A DNA stretch of 60,000 bases, taken from contig NW_024704742.1 of assembly GCF_018977255.1 (NCBI RefSeq), forward strand, positions 37,698,001 to 37,758,000. Direction: 5' to 3'. This document shows positions 38,801 to 50,800 of the stretch, piece by piece; the first letter of the stretch is position 1, and every line of letters begins with the position of its first letter. The notes below the pieces were generated by a model. The model did no database searches, was not told where the DNA came from, and saw only the letters and a list, made by a program, of their open reading frames with translations. Source of the stretch: Callorhinchus milii. Its lineage: Eukaryota. Made by a program: the position numbers and the translations under genes.

Positions 38801-41800
38801 TGATTCAATCTACCCAATTCTCTTAGAATAATAATCCTTGCATTATGGGGGTGTAGAAAGTAAGTGGAACAGAGAAACAAAATGTGCCTATCAGCTTTAA
38901 TGCCACAATAGAGGACTTTAAAGCCACTAAAGGTTACGATAGCACAGTGGAATATTTCTGTTGATTGAAAAATGTAAACAGAATTTGATACATGGTAATA
39001 CCCTTTCAAGTGTTATTGTGCTTAAGTATTTATCCAATTTCTTGTTAAGTGTGGTTACAATCTCAGCTTTAACCATCAGGACCAACCCTCGATGTAAAAA
39101 AAAATCTTCTGACCTCCTTCTCGCTTTAGATGATATGCTTCAATCACCTGACCTGTGTGTCCTGCTGCCTTGACATACCTGAAAGTATGGTTTCAGGTTT
39201 ACTGGCTTTGCAGTTCGCCAAATGTATCAACAAATCCTCCTTATTTCTTACAAATAAGCAGCAGTATGATTGTCCATATCACACTGAGAATATCAGAAAG
39301 AATTGTACTTGAAAAGGCCCAAAGTAATAAAAAGGAACCGCTTTTGCAACAGTGACATCTAGTGACGTGGGTTTAACAAGCAGCTAAAATGAGAATTTTT
39401 TTTAATAATGATGTATTACAATAACCCCTCTGAGTACAAGTTGTTTAATACAGTATACAGCAGACGATATCTAACACATTTCCACAAAGCTGTTCAGTAG
39501 ACTATCAAGATGGCAGTTTCTGCCTTCTCAATATATTGTGACATTGCTTGTTAAACAAATACTCAGTAGGCATTTCATAACAAGATTAAGGTCATAATAG
39601 GCTTACAAATATTAAGAATATTCCCTGAAATATTCCTTTACACCCTCACTTAAGTCTTAATAAGAAATGTAACAAACTTCAGAGCTTCACATCAAATCAA
39701 AGTTAGTAGAAGCACAAGTTGTGTTTAAAAATGCGAGAATAGCTAAAATATAAACAGAATGAAATATGCTTCTAAGCAACAAAAAGAAAAAAAATCGTTT
39801 AACAAGTTTTTTTAAAAAAAAGTTTTAGTATTGAGGTTAATGTTTTGTTAGGTTTACCATATTATAGTAATAGCAAATGTTACTATATTTTAATAGGAAA
39901 AATTGTAATATTAAGAAAATGCAGCCACAGTGTGCAAAACCAAAAAGTTAAAAGGAAAAATAAAGCTATACACGACACAGATTTTAGGTTTGCTCCTACT
40001 ATATTAGCAAATGTTCTCAGCTATTAAGGTAGAATGTGACCATCAGAAAATCATTATCCTCCTCATTAAAAACATACACAAATGGATGTAGACAATATTA
40101 ATCCTCCCAGGAATCATGTCACAGCAATACAATACATCTTAAGAAAATGCTAAGGGTAATTCTAAGGGTTTTTAAGTATACACATTCGGTCATAAAATAA
40201 TGTTAAAATCATTGTTGCAATTCAAATAATTACCAGTGGATAGAGTACAACACTGGTTATCAACAAAGGAATGCCAAGATAGTCAGTAAATTTAACTGAT
40301 TAAAAATAAGTCATTAAATTTAAATGCAACAACCTACATCATGCAATTCCGCTCCTCACAAGAGAGATAATCTTTGAAAGGACATTAAAGGGTATGCAGA
40401 AAGGGGATTCAAACAACCGACAAAGGGGCTGCATGGCATCATCCTGATCTCATTTAGAGTACCAGAAATGGTCAAAACAGAGGAACGATGTGTAGAGGAA
40501 CATAGGAACTGGAGTAGGTCATTGAAACCTGCTCCACCATTTTATTAGATTATGACAGATTCAGAGATCACTGACGGCAGTAACCCAGGTGGATAAGCCC
40601 TTTCAAAAAAGCCAATGAGGCTTCGGGATTTACAGATAAGAGAATAGAGTACAAGGATAACAACAACAAAATTACATTTATATAGCGCCCTTCATGTTGG
40701 GAGGACATCCGAAGGCACTGGACAATCAATGTTTCAGACCTGAGCTGGGGGTCAGGATTGGGGAGGATGGGGCGGGGTGTGGGGATAAGGAGGGTGATCG
40801 AAGGCATGTTCGAAGAGGATGATCTTGAGATGGGTCTTGAAGGAGGCAAGGGAGAGGGGGCGAGGTGGAGGGACTGCAGGATGGAGTTCCAGAGAGTGGG
40901 GACAGAGTGTCTGAAGGCCTGCTCGCCAAACGTGAGGCGGGCGAGGAAGGGGACGTGAAGCAGGCCTGCTGAGCAGAGGGAACGGGCAGGATGGTAGAGG
41001 GTTAGGAGGTCGCAGAGGTAGGGGGTCGTCAAGGTTAAGGAGGGGTTTGAAGGTGAGGACCATGATCTTGAACTGTATCCTCTGTGTGATGGGAAGCCAG
41101 TGGAGTTGGGTGAGGATGGGGGTGATAGGGTCGCGGAGCCTAGTGCGGGAGAGGACACGGGCTGCATAGTTCTGGATGATCTGCAGCTTATGGAGGGAGG
41201 ATTTGGGGAGGCCGACAAGCAGGAAGTCGGACAGTGTGAAACAATGGCAGAGCCGGGCGATGTTGCGGAGGTGAGGGAAGGCAGAGCGGGTCACGGCACG
41301 GATGTGGAGTAGAAAGGATAGTTGAGGGTCAGACAAAACAAGATAAAGGTCATGTTGAATCTGTACAAAACGGTCAGGACACAGTTAAAATACTGCATGT
41401 AGTTTTGGGCTCCTCATTATAATGATGTTAAAGGAGCTGGAGGAGATACAGAGAAGATTCACTAGCATATTGTCTTGAATGACAAAATGCAGTACTAGGG
41501 AATGACTTGATGAACTGGGTCTTTTCTTTGGAGATCAGAGTGCTGAATGGGATTATGGTGGAGGAAACCTTAAATAGGGTGAATAGGGAAAGATTGCTAG
41601 TTGTCAGGAGGTCTGGAACCAGTGGGCATTTTAGAATCGGAACTGGGAGGTCCAGAACAGAGATTTTCAGAGTGGTGAAGTTCTCTGCATAGTCAGTTGT
41701 TGGGGTGAGAGCGCGGCTGTACTTTCTTCCACAGAATCTGCCACAAACGCCCCTTTCCTCTACAAATGTGTTACAACCCCCCCCCCCCCACACCCCACAC

Positions 41801-44800
41801 TCCGCTACAAACCCGTAGACACAGTGTGCTTGGCCCGGGACTCTCGTGCTGTTTGCTCGACGCTGCCACTGCGGCTTGAGTGGCTCCAGTCACACACGCG
41901 CGGGAGTGTTGGGATCGCGGAAGCGGCGCGAGTGGGAAATCGGCTTTGTCCGGCGCCCAGCCTAACCTGAGCTCCTGCGACCAATTCTTGGTAAATGCTG
42001 TACTATTCACCTTGACATTTTTAGTATTTTAAACATATCAACATGTTCAGAAAATATGCCTGTTGTTTGAATCCGGGTTGTTTTACAAAATGCGGCTTTC
42101 AACAGCACCAATCAGCCCTTCGCAATTTTCCTCATAATGTGTCAAATTTGAGGCAAATATTTTCACACTTTTATATTGGCCGGCCCAGGTGATAACCAAC
42201 AAGAGAACAAAGTTAAGGGATATGGGACTGGATCCAGGAGAGACATTCGTGTGGAGTATAAACACCAGGCGGACAGATGGGCCGAACACCAGTTTCTGAG
42301 TCGTACCATCTGTGACAGATCTTTTAATATTTCTGGGATCATATTTTCACAACCCATTCTGTGAAGTTAACACAAAGGAGAGGCCAAGTCCTCATTCAAA
42401 ATTTACTTACAGGATTAATGTCTAAAAAGGTTTCATGATTCTCCTTGTTTGGATCCATTCCCTCAATATCATCAATATATTTCTGATCTGCCTGGTAAAA
42501 GTGTGGAGAAGAAAGGATAATAGGAGCACCTGTTGTAATAGAAGAGAAATAAATGATTATCTGGTAATAAGGTTGTCTTGCAATGTAGGAATAAAAATGT
42601 ATCTCCCCCCCCTCCCATTGGTAGATGTACAAGAGGTAGGATTTGGACTGAAAAATAAATGTTAGTCTGGCTTTGCTCTTGACAAGGAAAATTAAATTCA
42701 AAATAAAAACAGGTTATTGCTGACAATACAAGATAGAAAGAATACAGTCCCATGTATCAAACATCTTAAAGCAGTTCAGTTTATTATAGTCAAGTGTAAG
42801 GAAACTTTTATCAGACGAATACAGAAGCCAGATTCCTCACACAAGGTCCCACAAAACGACCATGAGGTGGAGGACCAATTTATCTGGAAGAATGTTGGTC
42901 TGAAACTCCTCTCTATATACGAAAAAGATATACACACACCTCCAACAATGCAGTGGGCTCTCTCAGTTCTGTACTGCGTTGTCAGTCAGGATTACGCTTT
43001 TAAATCTGGATGTAGTATTTTACCCATATCTTCTGCACGTAGAAATCAGATGGCTATCACCCTTGGGAACTTGTAGAATCTATAACAAAATATGCTTGCC
43101 ACTTGCTCAACATCTGCCCATGTTCCCCTACAGGGCATTTTAGAATCAGAACTGGGAAGTCCAGAACAGAGATTAGGAAAAAAAACCACCATTATGACCC
43201 ATATGAAACCCACCACCTGCTCCCTCGATCCCTCTCCTTACCTCCCAGCTCCTCTACTCACAGACATCATCAACCTCTCCTTGTTCACTGGCACCATTCC
43301 CACTCCCTTAAAAACAGCCATCATCACTTCCATCCTCAAATAACATTCCCTGGACCTATCCCGTTCTCCAATTACCACCCCAACTTCCCTTTCCAAGGTC
43401 CTGGAACGAGTCGTTGCTTCCCAGCTTCACTCCTTCCTCTCCTGCCACTTCCTATATGAGCCCATACAATCATGTTTCCATCCTGCCCACAACAGAGAAA
43501 CAGCTTTGGTCAAAGTGACAAATGATATTTTATTCATTTGTGAACTCGTCCTCCTTGACCTCTGCTGCCTTTTACATGGTTGACCACTCTATCCTCATCC
43601 ATCACCTCTTCTCTAACCTCAACCTTCATGGTGCTGTTCTTGATGAGTTCAGACCCTACCTCCCACACCATCTCTACTTTATTTCCACAAACGACTTTTC
43701 CTCCAACCACCACACTGTCTCATGCGGAATTCCTCAGGGCTCTGTCCTTGATCCTCTCCTCTTCAACCTGTACATGCTCCCTCTCAGTGACATCATCCAC
43801 AGATATGGGATCAACTTCCAAATGTACGCTGATGACACTCAACTCTATAATAATAATCCTTGCATTTGATATAGCGCTTTTCACGTCGGGAGGACGTCCC
43901 AAAGCGCTTCACAGAACACACTGTAAAGTGAATTGACTGTATATTTGTGGGCGAACGCGGCAGCCAATTGCGCACAGCAATGTCCCACAAACAGTCGTAG
44001 ACTGAAAATGACCAATTTATTATTGTTTTTGGTTTTGGAGGGATTATTATTAGGCTCTGTGTGGAGTAAGGAAACTTGCCCAAGGTTTCGCCCTGCCTGG
44101 AATTGAACTCAGGTCTCTCGCTTGCAAAGCGAGTGCTCTAACCACTGAGCTACAGGACTCCAACTCTACCTCTCTGCCTCCACCCTTGACTCCAGGATCA
44201 CTGCTGTCCTAACAGAATGTCTGTCAGACATCAAGTCCTGGATGAGAGCGAATTTTCTACAGCTGAACGTCAACAAGACCGAAGTTCTCCTGATTGGCTC
44301 CCGTCAGCGCCTCCTCACCTCAGCACTGACAGCTTCATCATCCCTGGTTGCACACTCCACCTTACTAAGCCAGTCCAGAACCTTGGCGTCTTGTTTGACC
44401 CTCAACTATCCTTTCTACCCCACATCCGTGCCATGACCTGCTCTGCATTCCCCTACCTCTGCAACAACACCCGGCTCCGCCACTGTCTCACACCGCAGGC
44501 TGCCGAAACCCTCATATATGCATTCATTACATTGAGGCTTGACTCTCCAAACTCCTTGCTCATTGGCCTCCCCAATTCCCCCCTCCATAGGCTGCAGATC
44601 ATCCAGAACTCTGCATCTTGTGTCCTCATCCAGCACCAGATTCTGTGACCCCATCACTCCCACCCTCGCCTGACTCCACTGGCTCCCCATCCCCCAGAGG
44701 ATAGAGTTCAAAATCCTCGTCCTTGACTTAAAGGCCCTCCACAGCTTGCCCCTTCTTACCTCTGTGATCTGCTAACCCCATATCAACCTGTCCGCTCATC

Positions 44801-47800
44801 GGTCTGCGGTGGTCAGTGGTCAGGCCTTCAGCCTCTCTGCCCCCACCCTTTGGACTGCCATCCCATAGTCCCTTAACCTTGCTCCCTCCCTTGCCTCCTT
44901 CAAGGCGCATCTCATTCGACCGAGCCTTTGGCCACCCTCCTACCCTCAACCCTCCCTGATCTCAACCCCCTGCTCGAGTCCAAATCACTGACTGTCCTCC
45001 CAATGTGCAAGGCGTCATACAAATGTAATTTTGTATTGTACAGGCAAAGACTGATAACCTGTAGGCAAGGAAGAAATTGAAGTGCTAATCTGTGTATTTT
45101 AAGAGACATAACATGAGATTCGGTTAAACTAGATGCAAGCACAAAGAGTTTTGATGACAAAAAAAAACTACAGCCAGTAGTTAATTATTTAAAGACTTGA
45201 CCTTCTGTTGCACAATATGGATCCAGTGACACAATTTGCTATAGATTTAAAATGTTATCTTCAGGAATCTCCACAATTACAATTTGAACTACTTAGGTTG
45301 GTTACCTTTTCTACATACGCTGACGTTTAATACGCCCGATCCCAGGCAGTGACCAGATGGAATACAGAAACCAACATTGGCTGGGTTGATGGTATCATTG
45401 GCAAAGACTTCACTGGGTGGCACAAAGCGATAAGCTGGTATCCCTTTGACATCCAACTCCTTTTCAAAAGTAGCATAGAGAGACCTAAAACAAAGTTGTG
45501 GTGCCAAAAAATATAACACAACATTGATAAATTTCAGTGTTTTTTTTAAATAAAGCATGTCTGCACCAAAACAATATAGCATCTGTTAATAAAATAGGCA
45601 GCTAACAGTGACATGACAGTTACACAGTGAAGATGGAAACCATCCAGCAAACTGCCAACTCCAGCTAAACCCTGATAAGCTTTTGAAAAACCTTTAGAAT
45701 TTTAATATTGTATTTGCTGTTAATAAATAGCATTTGATATAGCGTCTTATCACGTCGTCAAACTATCTGACCATTCATTGATCACGTTACACATATCGGT
45801 CTGCCAGAAATCTAATGACCTGGTTTGGCAGTGGAGAAATTATTAACCTCAAGTTATGAGCAATTTTCTTTCTGCCCAGGAGATGTATATGCAATATCTG
45901 AAACCACAGCATCTCTTCCCTATAACTAACGACTTAAAATCTAAAGTAAAAATAACTTCCCCTGCTCTGTCCCCAACATCCCAGAGTAAGAAATGCTTCA
46001 AACACGTCAATGGTTGTACTTTGGAGGAAAACAAAATATCTGGCAAACAGTCATTTTAATCATGTCTCTTAAACCATAATTACCACAGTTCAAATTTGCT
46101 CATGGATGAAAATGTTTTGAGATGATTGTTTTTTTTACCGGCAAAGATCTGAAGAGAAGAAATGAATGGTTTCATTCTTCGTCATTAGTGGATGGAAGGA
46201 AGTGCCGTCGGTACCATTGATCATGTTGCACTGATCAGTCAGCCACAAATCTAATGACCTGGTTTGAAAAGAAAAATTCATGTTACAGGTTAAGTACCAC
46301 ACTTGACAATGATCAATAAATAGACCCAATAACTGAGCAGAAAGTGCATTTAAAAACAATTCTTATTTAGCCATTTAGTTTCTCTTCGCTCCCCCTTTCA
46401 TAAAATCAAATAATCAGAATCTCAAAAGTTCAGTCATTAGGCACAATTGATGTTCTGGTGTAGTCCAGAGGAGCTGAAATAAATTGGATATAAAATAAGA
46501 GACTTACTTGCGACCACTCCACTCAATAATTTTAGCAAAATCCATGTAGTTTTCTTCCCCCGTCAGTATGACATAATCTCCGTCAGCTGTACCATTCATC
46601 TAAAATTGCAAGCATATGTATTTTAAGTGTCAATTACTAATAAATGATGCATGATTCAATACATACATAGACTTGCATTTATATAATGACTTTCACAACA
46701 ACATGCATTTATACAGCACCTTTCTCTTGGGAGGACATCCCAAGATGCTAGGGTTGAGGGTTTGCACCCAAGCTGGGGGTTGAATTTGGGGGTGGGGGAA
46801 AAATGACCAAAGTAGAAGGTCTTCACGCAGACCTTGAAGGAGGTGTACTATAACATCTCTGAATACCCCAAAGACGAGGTTAGACATTATGCAAGGGAGA
46901 AGTGGGAGGTGGCAAAAGATGAGGTTAAAGAGGCAAGTTTTAAGGTGTGATTTAAAAATAAAGAGGGAGCAGGTGGAAGGATAAAGACAGGGACTTCCAG
47001 AAGTTACAGGTATAGTAACTGAAAACTGTTACTGATGGTAAAGTGGAGAATAGGAAGATGTGCAGCAGGCATGCATTAGCTGAGGACAGGCAGAAGAGTG
47101 GGATATGAGCCGATCAGAGAGCAATTAGTGATTAAAGACATTTATATGTGAGGGCAAGAACCTTGAAATCAATCAATTCGAGACAAGGAGCCAGTGTAGC
47201 CCAATGAGGATGGGCATACAGAGCTTGGTGCAGAACGAGTGGCAATGTTTCATATTAGTTGGACCTTGTGGATGGTGGAACTGGGAAGACTAGCAAGGAG
47301 CGCACTTGAGAAATATAACAAAGAAAATAGACGATTTCATCATCTGGTCAAATGCATAGCTAAATTGAATTAACCAATTTATTGAATACCCATTTAGTAT
47401 ATTCGGTGGAATCTGTCCACAAGGAGAAATCCCTGTGTTAGCTCAGAAATCTGTAGGCATCTTTTGTTCCCAAATTTAAATATACAAATACAGAAACCGA
47501 TTTTCTGAATATACACGAATCATGATAACCTTCCCAAGTCAACATCCTTTAGCTGGACACACGTCAAACTTTTAAATTGTGTAACTGGCAAGTTATTAGC
47601 AATGCAATCAATATGACAGGCTTGATTTACCTTATAGAACAGTCCGAAGGATCCATCAATATCTGGTTTCAAAATGTGAACCGATTGTAGTAGTGGATCT
47701 TGATAACCCCAAAGCAGTTCATGTGCTGTTCGAGTTGTAAACAGACCCTCTCCCGTAAAATGTAAAATAGCTTTCACCGCAAATACCATCAAATTAGAAT

Positions 47801-50800
47801 ATTGGGCCATATCCATGACAGTCTATTTATAAACAAAAAACAATGTAAATTTAAAGCACAAGTTGACAAAACAATAACTCTATTGTTTTTACAGGAAGAC
47901 CTTCAGATCAACAAATTGGCAAAGTAATGTCAGAATTGAGTTAACAGTTAACATTCTGAGACGGTCTCAGTAATCCAGTTCCTGAGCCAGGTGGGCACAG
48001 GTATTCCAGGGCACTGCTAATGGCAGCCCAGCCAGCCTGGCTCAATTTGGAGGGGTAGACCAGTCACCACGGACAGGGATTCTTCTCAGTCAGCTCTCGT
48101 TAACTTTGTAAACCAAAGCCTTATTAGGTAGGGTGTCCAGCTTGAGAGGTAGTGAGAAGCTTGCCAGACCATGCTGTTAATGGCAAGCTATGGGATTTTA
48201 AGTTGGTTAAATTCCAGCTCCAGCATGAAGACCCTAGGCCTCGGCTCTTGCTACTTGTGCCTATTGCTGAGTAGGTAAGCAAGTGGATTCCTCCAGAGCA
48301 AGTGCGTGTTCCATTTCAGACCAAGAACATTTCCATGTGTAGGTGGCATACATATGTGGAACTCCCCGTCTAGTTGGCTACTCACAGGAATGTGATGGGT
48401 TTCAATATGCGTCAGATAGCCACATGACCAAAGAAAAATGATCATTGTATTTTGGCATAAGTCATCGAATGGGGGGTGGGGGGGGTGTGGCGCGACAAGG
48501 GGAATTATTATTTCTTGGGAGTCTAACAAGACTAATAAGACTTGTTGCTTTATTTCTCCTGACAATACAAATGTAAATATGCATTTGCAGAAGTTGCTGG
48601 AGTCAAACAAGGCAGAGGGTCAGTGCCTCATGAGAATTTCACAAGATCTCAGTAAAATCATGCCAAGGGTGAATAATTCAGAGTTCAGCCATAGCATGCT
48701 TTGTGGTTTTCCCTCAAGACTCCAGTGTATGAAGTTAAGAAGAAAAAGTTATACCAATAACCTTTCGCAAACCAGATCTGTGAGTAATAATCACATGTTT
48801 GGTACTTTTGGAAGAAATAGACACCACCTCCCCACACATGGAACGAGGGTAGCTGAAATGAAATCAACTAGAATCGTAAACATTGTAAGTTTATCAGAAA
48901 TGAGGAACAGGGTTTTATTCTGCAAATTTAACAAATAATCAATGCAAAGATCATAGCACACACAAGTGCTAGCATCAGAGATGGATTTGCATAGCTTTGT
49001 GAACAAAGACATTTTACATACATTGAACAGCTTCAAGAAAATTGCATTCAAATGAAACTTTCCTCATTACTGCATATTATAGAAAATTGCCAGGTATCGT
49101 GGCCATAGAGAGATCTGCTTCACCCAAATCCTCTGGTATTCCTTCCTCTTGAAGGAGAAAAACTTACAAGGTGAAATACATTTCCACAAGCCCGGGCAGA
49201 CTCCCTTGCACTATACCTTGTAAAAGCAGTCAATAATCAGTTTCAAATAGTAGTTGTGATGTCAGGCTGTGTGACAATTGGGAGGATCACATCTGAGCCT
49301 CATGTTCTCACTAGATGTCCACACAATTCCAGTAAATTAATCATGGTATTACAATCAGGAACAGCCAGGATACCATGACGTCCTCCCAACGTGAAAGGCG
49401 CTATACAAATATAATTTTATATTGCATTGTAATCCACCTTGGTGGACACCACCTAACTCAGCACAAAGTCAGGATTGAACATGGAAATCCAAACAGCCAC
49501 GAAAAGAAGCAAAGCCCCTTCATAAGCTTGTGGCTCCAGCTGAAGATGGAAATTTGTACCAGAATGCATCCCTTGCTATGTCACTGCAAGTTTTTAAGAA
49601 ACAAACTGTAATTGTGTGGTTTCAAAAAAAAATTGGAGAAAATGTAATAAAAACATACCACAGCTGGGATGTTCACAGTACTGATTAAATCAACTTTAGG
49701 ATCTCCCACAGACATGTCAGGAACAAACACATACGTCTTTGGGGTCAAAGCTGACACGGCCGATCCATTCTCCGCAAACGTCACATCTTCTTTCTGTCTG
49801 TACTCTCTGAAATAGTTATGCAATGAATAAAGGCTTATAAAATTGAGTAGCCATTTAATAGCACATGCTCAGAGTGTAATGATGGCCAATATGGAGACCT
49901 GGTCAGAAAAGTGGATTTTGCTTTACTGAAACAGATCTTTAAGGTCTTATATACAATAAGATCGCCCTTTAGCATTCTCGTTTAAAGTTGGCAGGATCTT
50001 GGTGTTTAGCCCAAAGTGAATGGAACAACGAGTCATTGAAACTTTGGTAGGGCACTGGTCCAATTCACCTGCAATACCAGGGACAACTCTAGCTGCGGTT
50101 ACGGTATGGACGGCAAAGCACAATCATATTGATGGCTAGAATTGGGACATTGGGTACCTTGTTTACCAGGATAGGCTTCACAGGCAAGGAATGTTCAAAT
50201 GGAAAGGATATAGCTAGCAAACTGAAGAGACACCAACATAGACTTGATGGGTCGAATGTCCTATTCCATACTGTAACATTCTATATTTGATTGTAATGCT
50301 TTTTCAAACAGTTGGATAGTGACAGTCAAGTGGCCCTTCTTATTGGACAGAGAATGAGCGCAATGGCAGGGATTTCGAAACAAGCCACCCAGCCCTTGGT
50401 TTTTCATTCCACAGAGAAAGGTCAGGGCATCTCTTTTTAGCAGATACACTCGCACAAAAAAAGGTCAGGTCTGGGAATTACAAAAGGCACAAGACATTGA
50501 ATTATCAAACACACTACACCAAAGTTTCTATTACCTGTAAGTGTAGGGGCCTCTCTCCTCAAGAAAGGGCTTTCCTCCAGCTAATACCTCAGCAGGATTT
50601 GAAACATTAAAAAAGTAGAACTGCATGTAAACCGGTGGTGGAGGATTTTTCCAGGCCTTGAAAGCCTCAGTACCATTTCTCAGCTGAAACTCCTGTAAAA
50701 AGACAATGCTAGCGATTTACGATGACCACCAATATTGACCGGCAAATTCTCAAGAACATCATTGCGGCAGAAATAGTTAATTCCAGTCACAGGGTTTATT

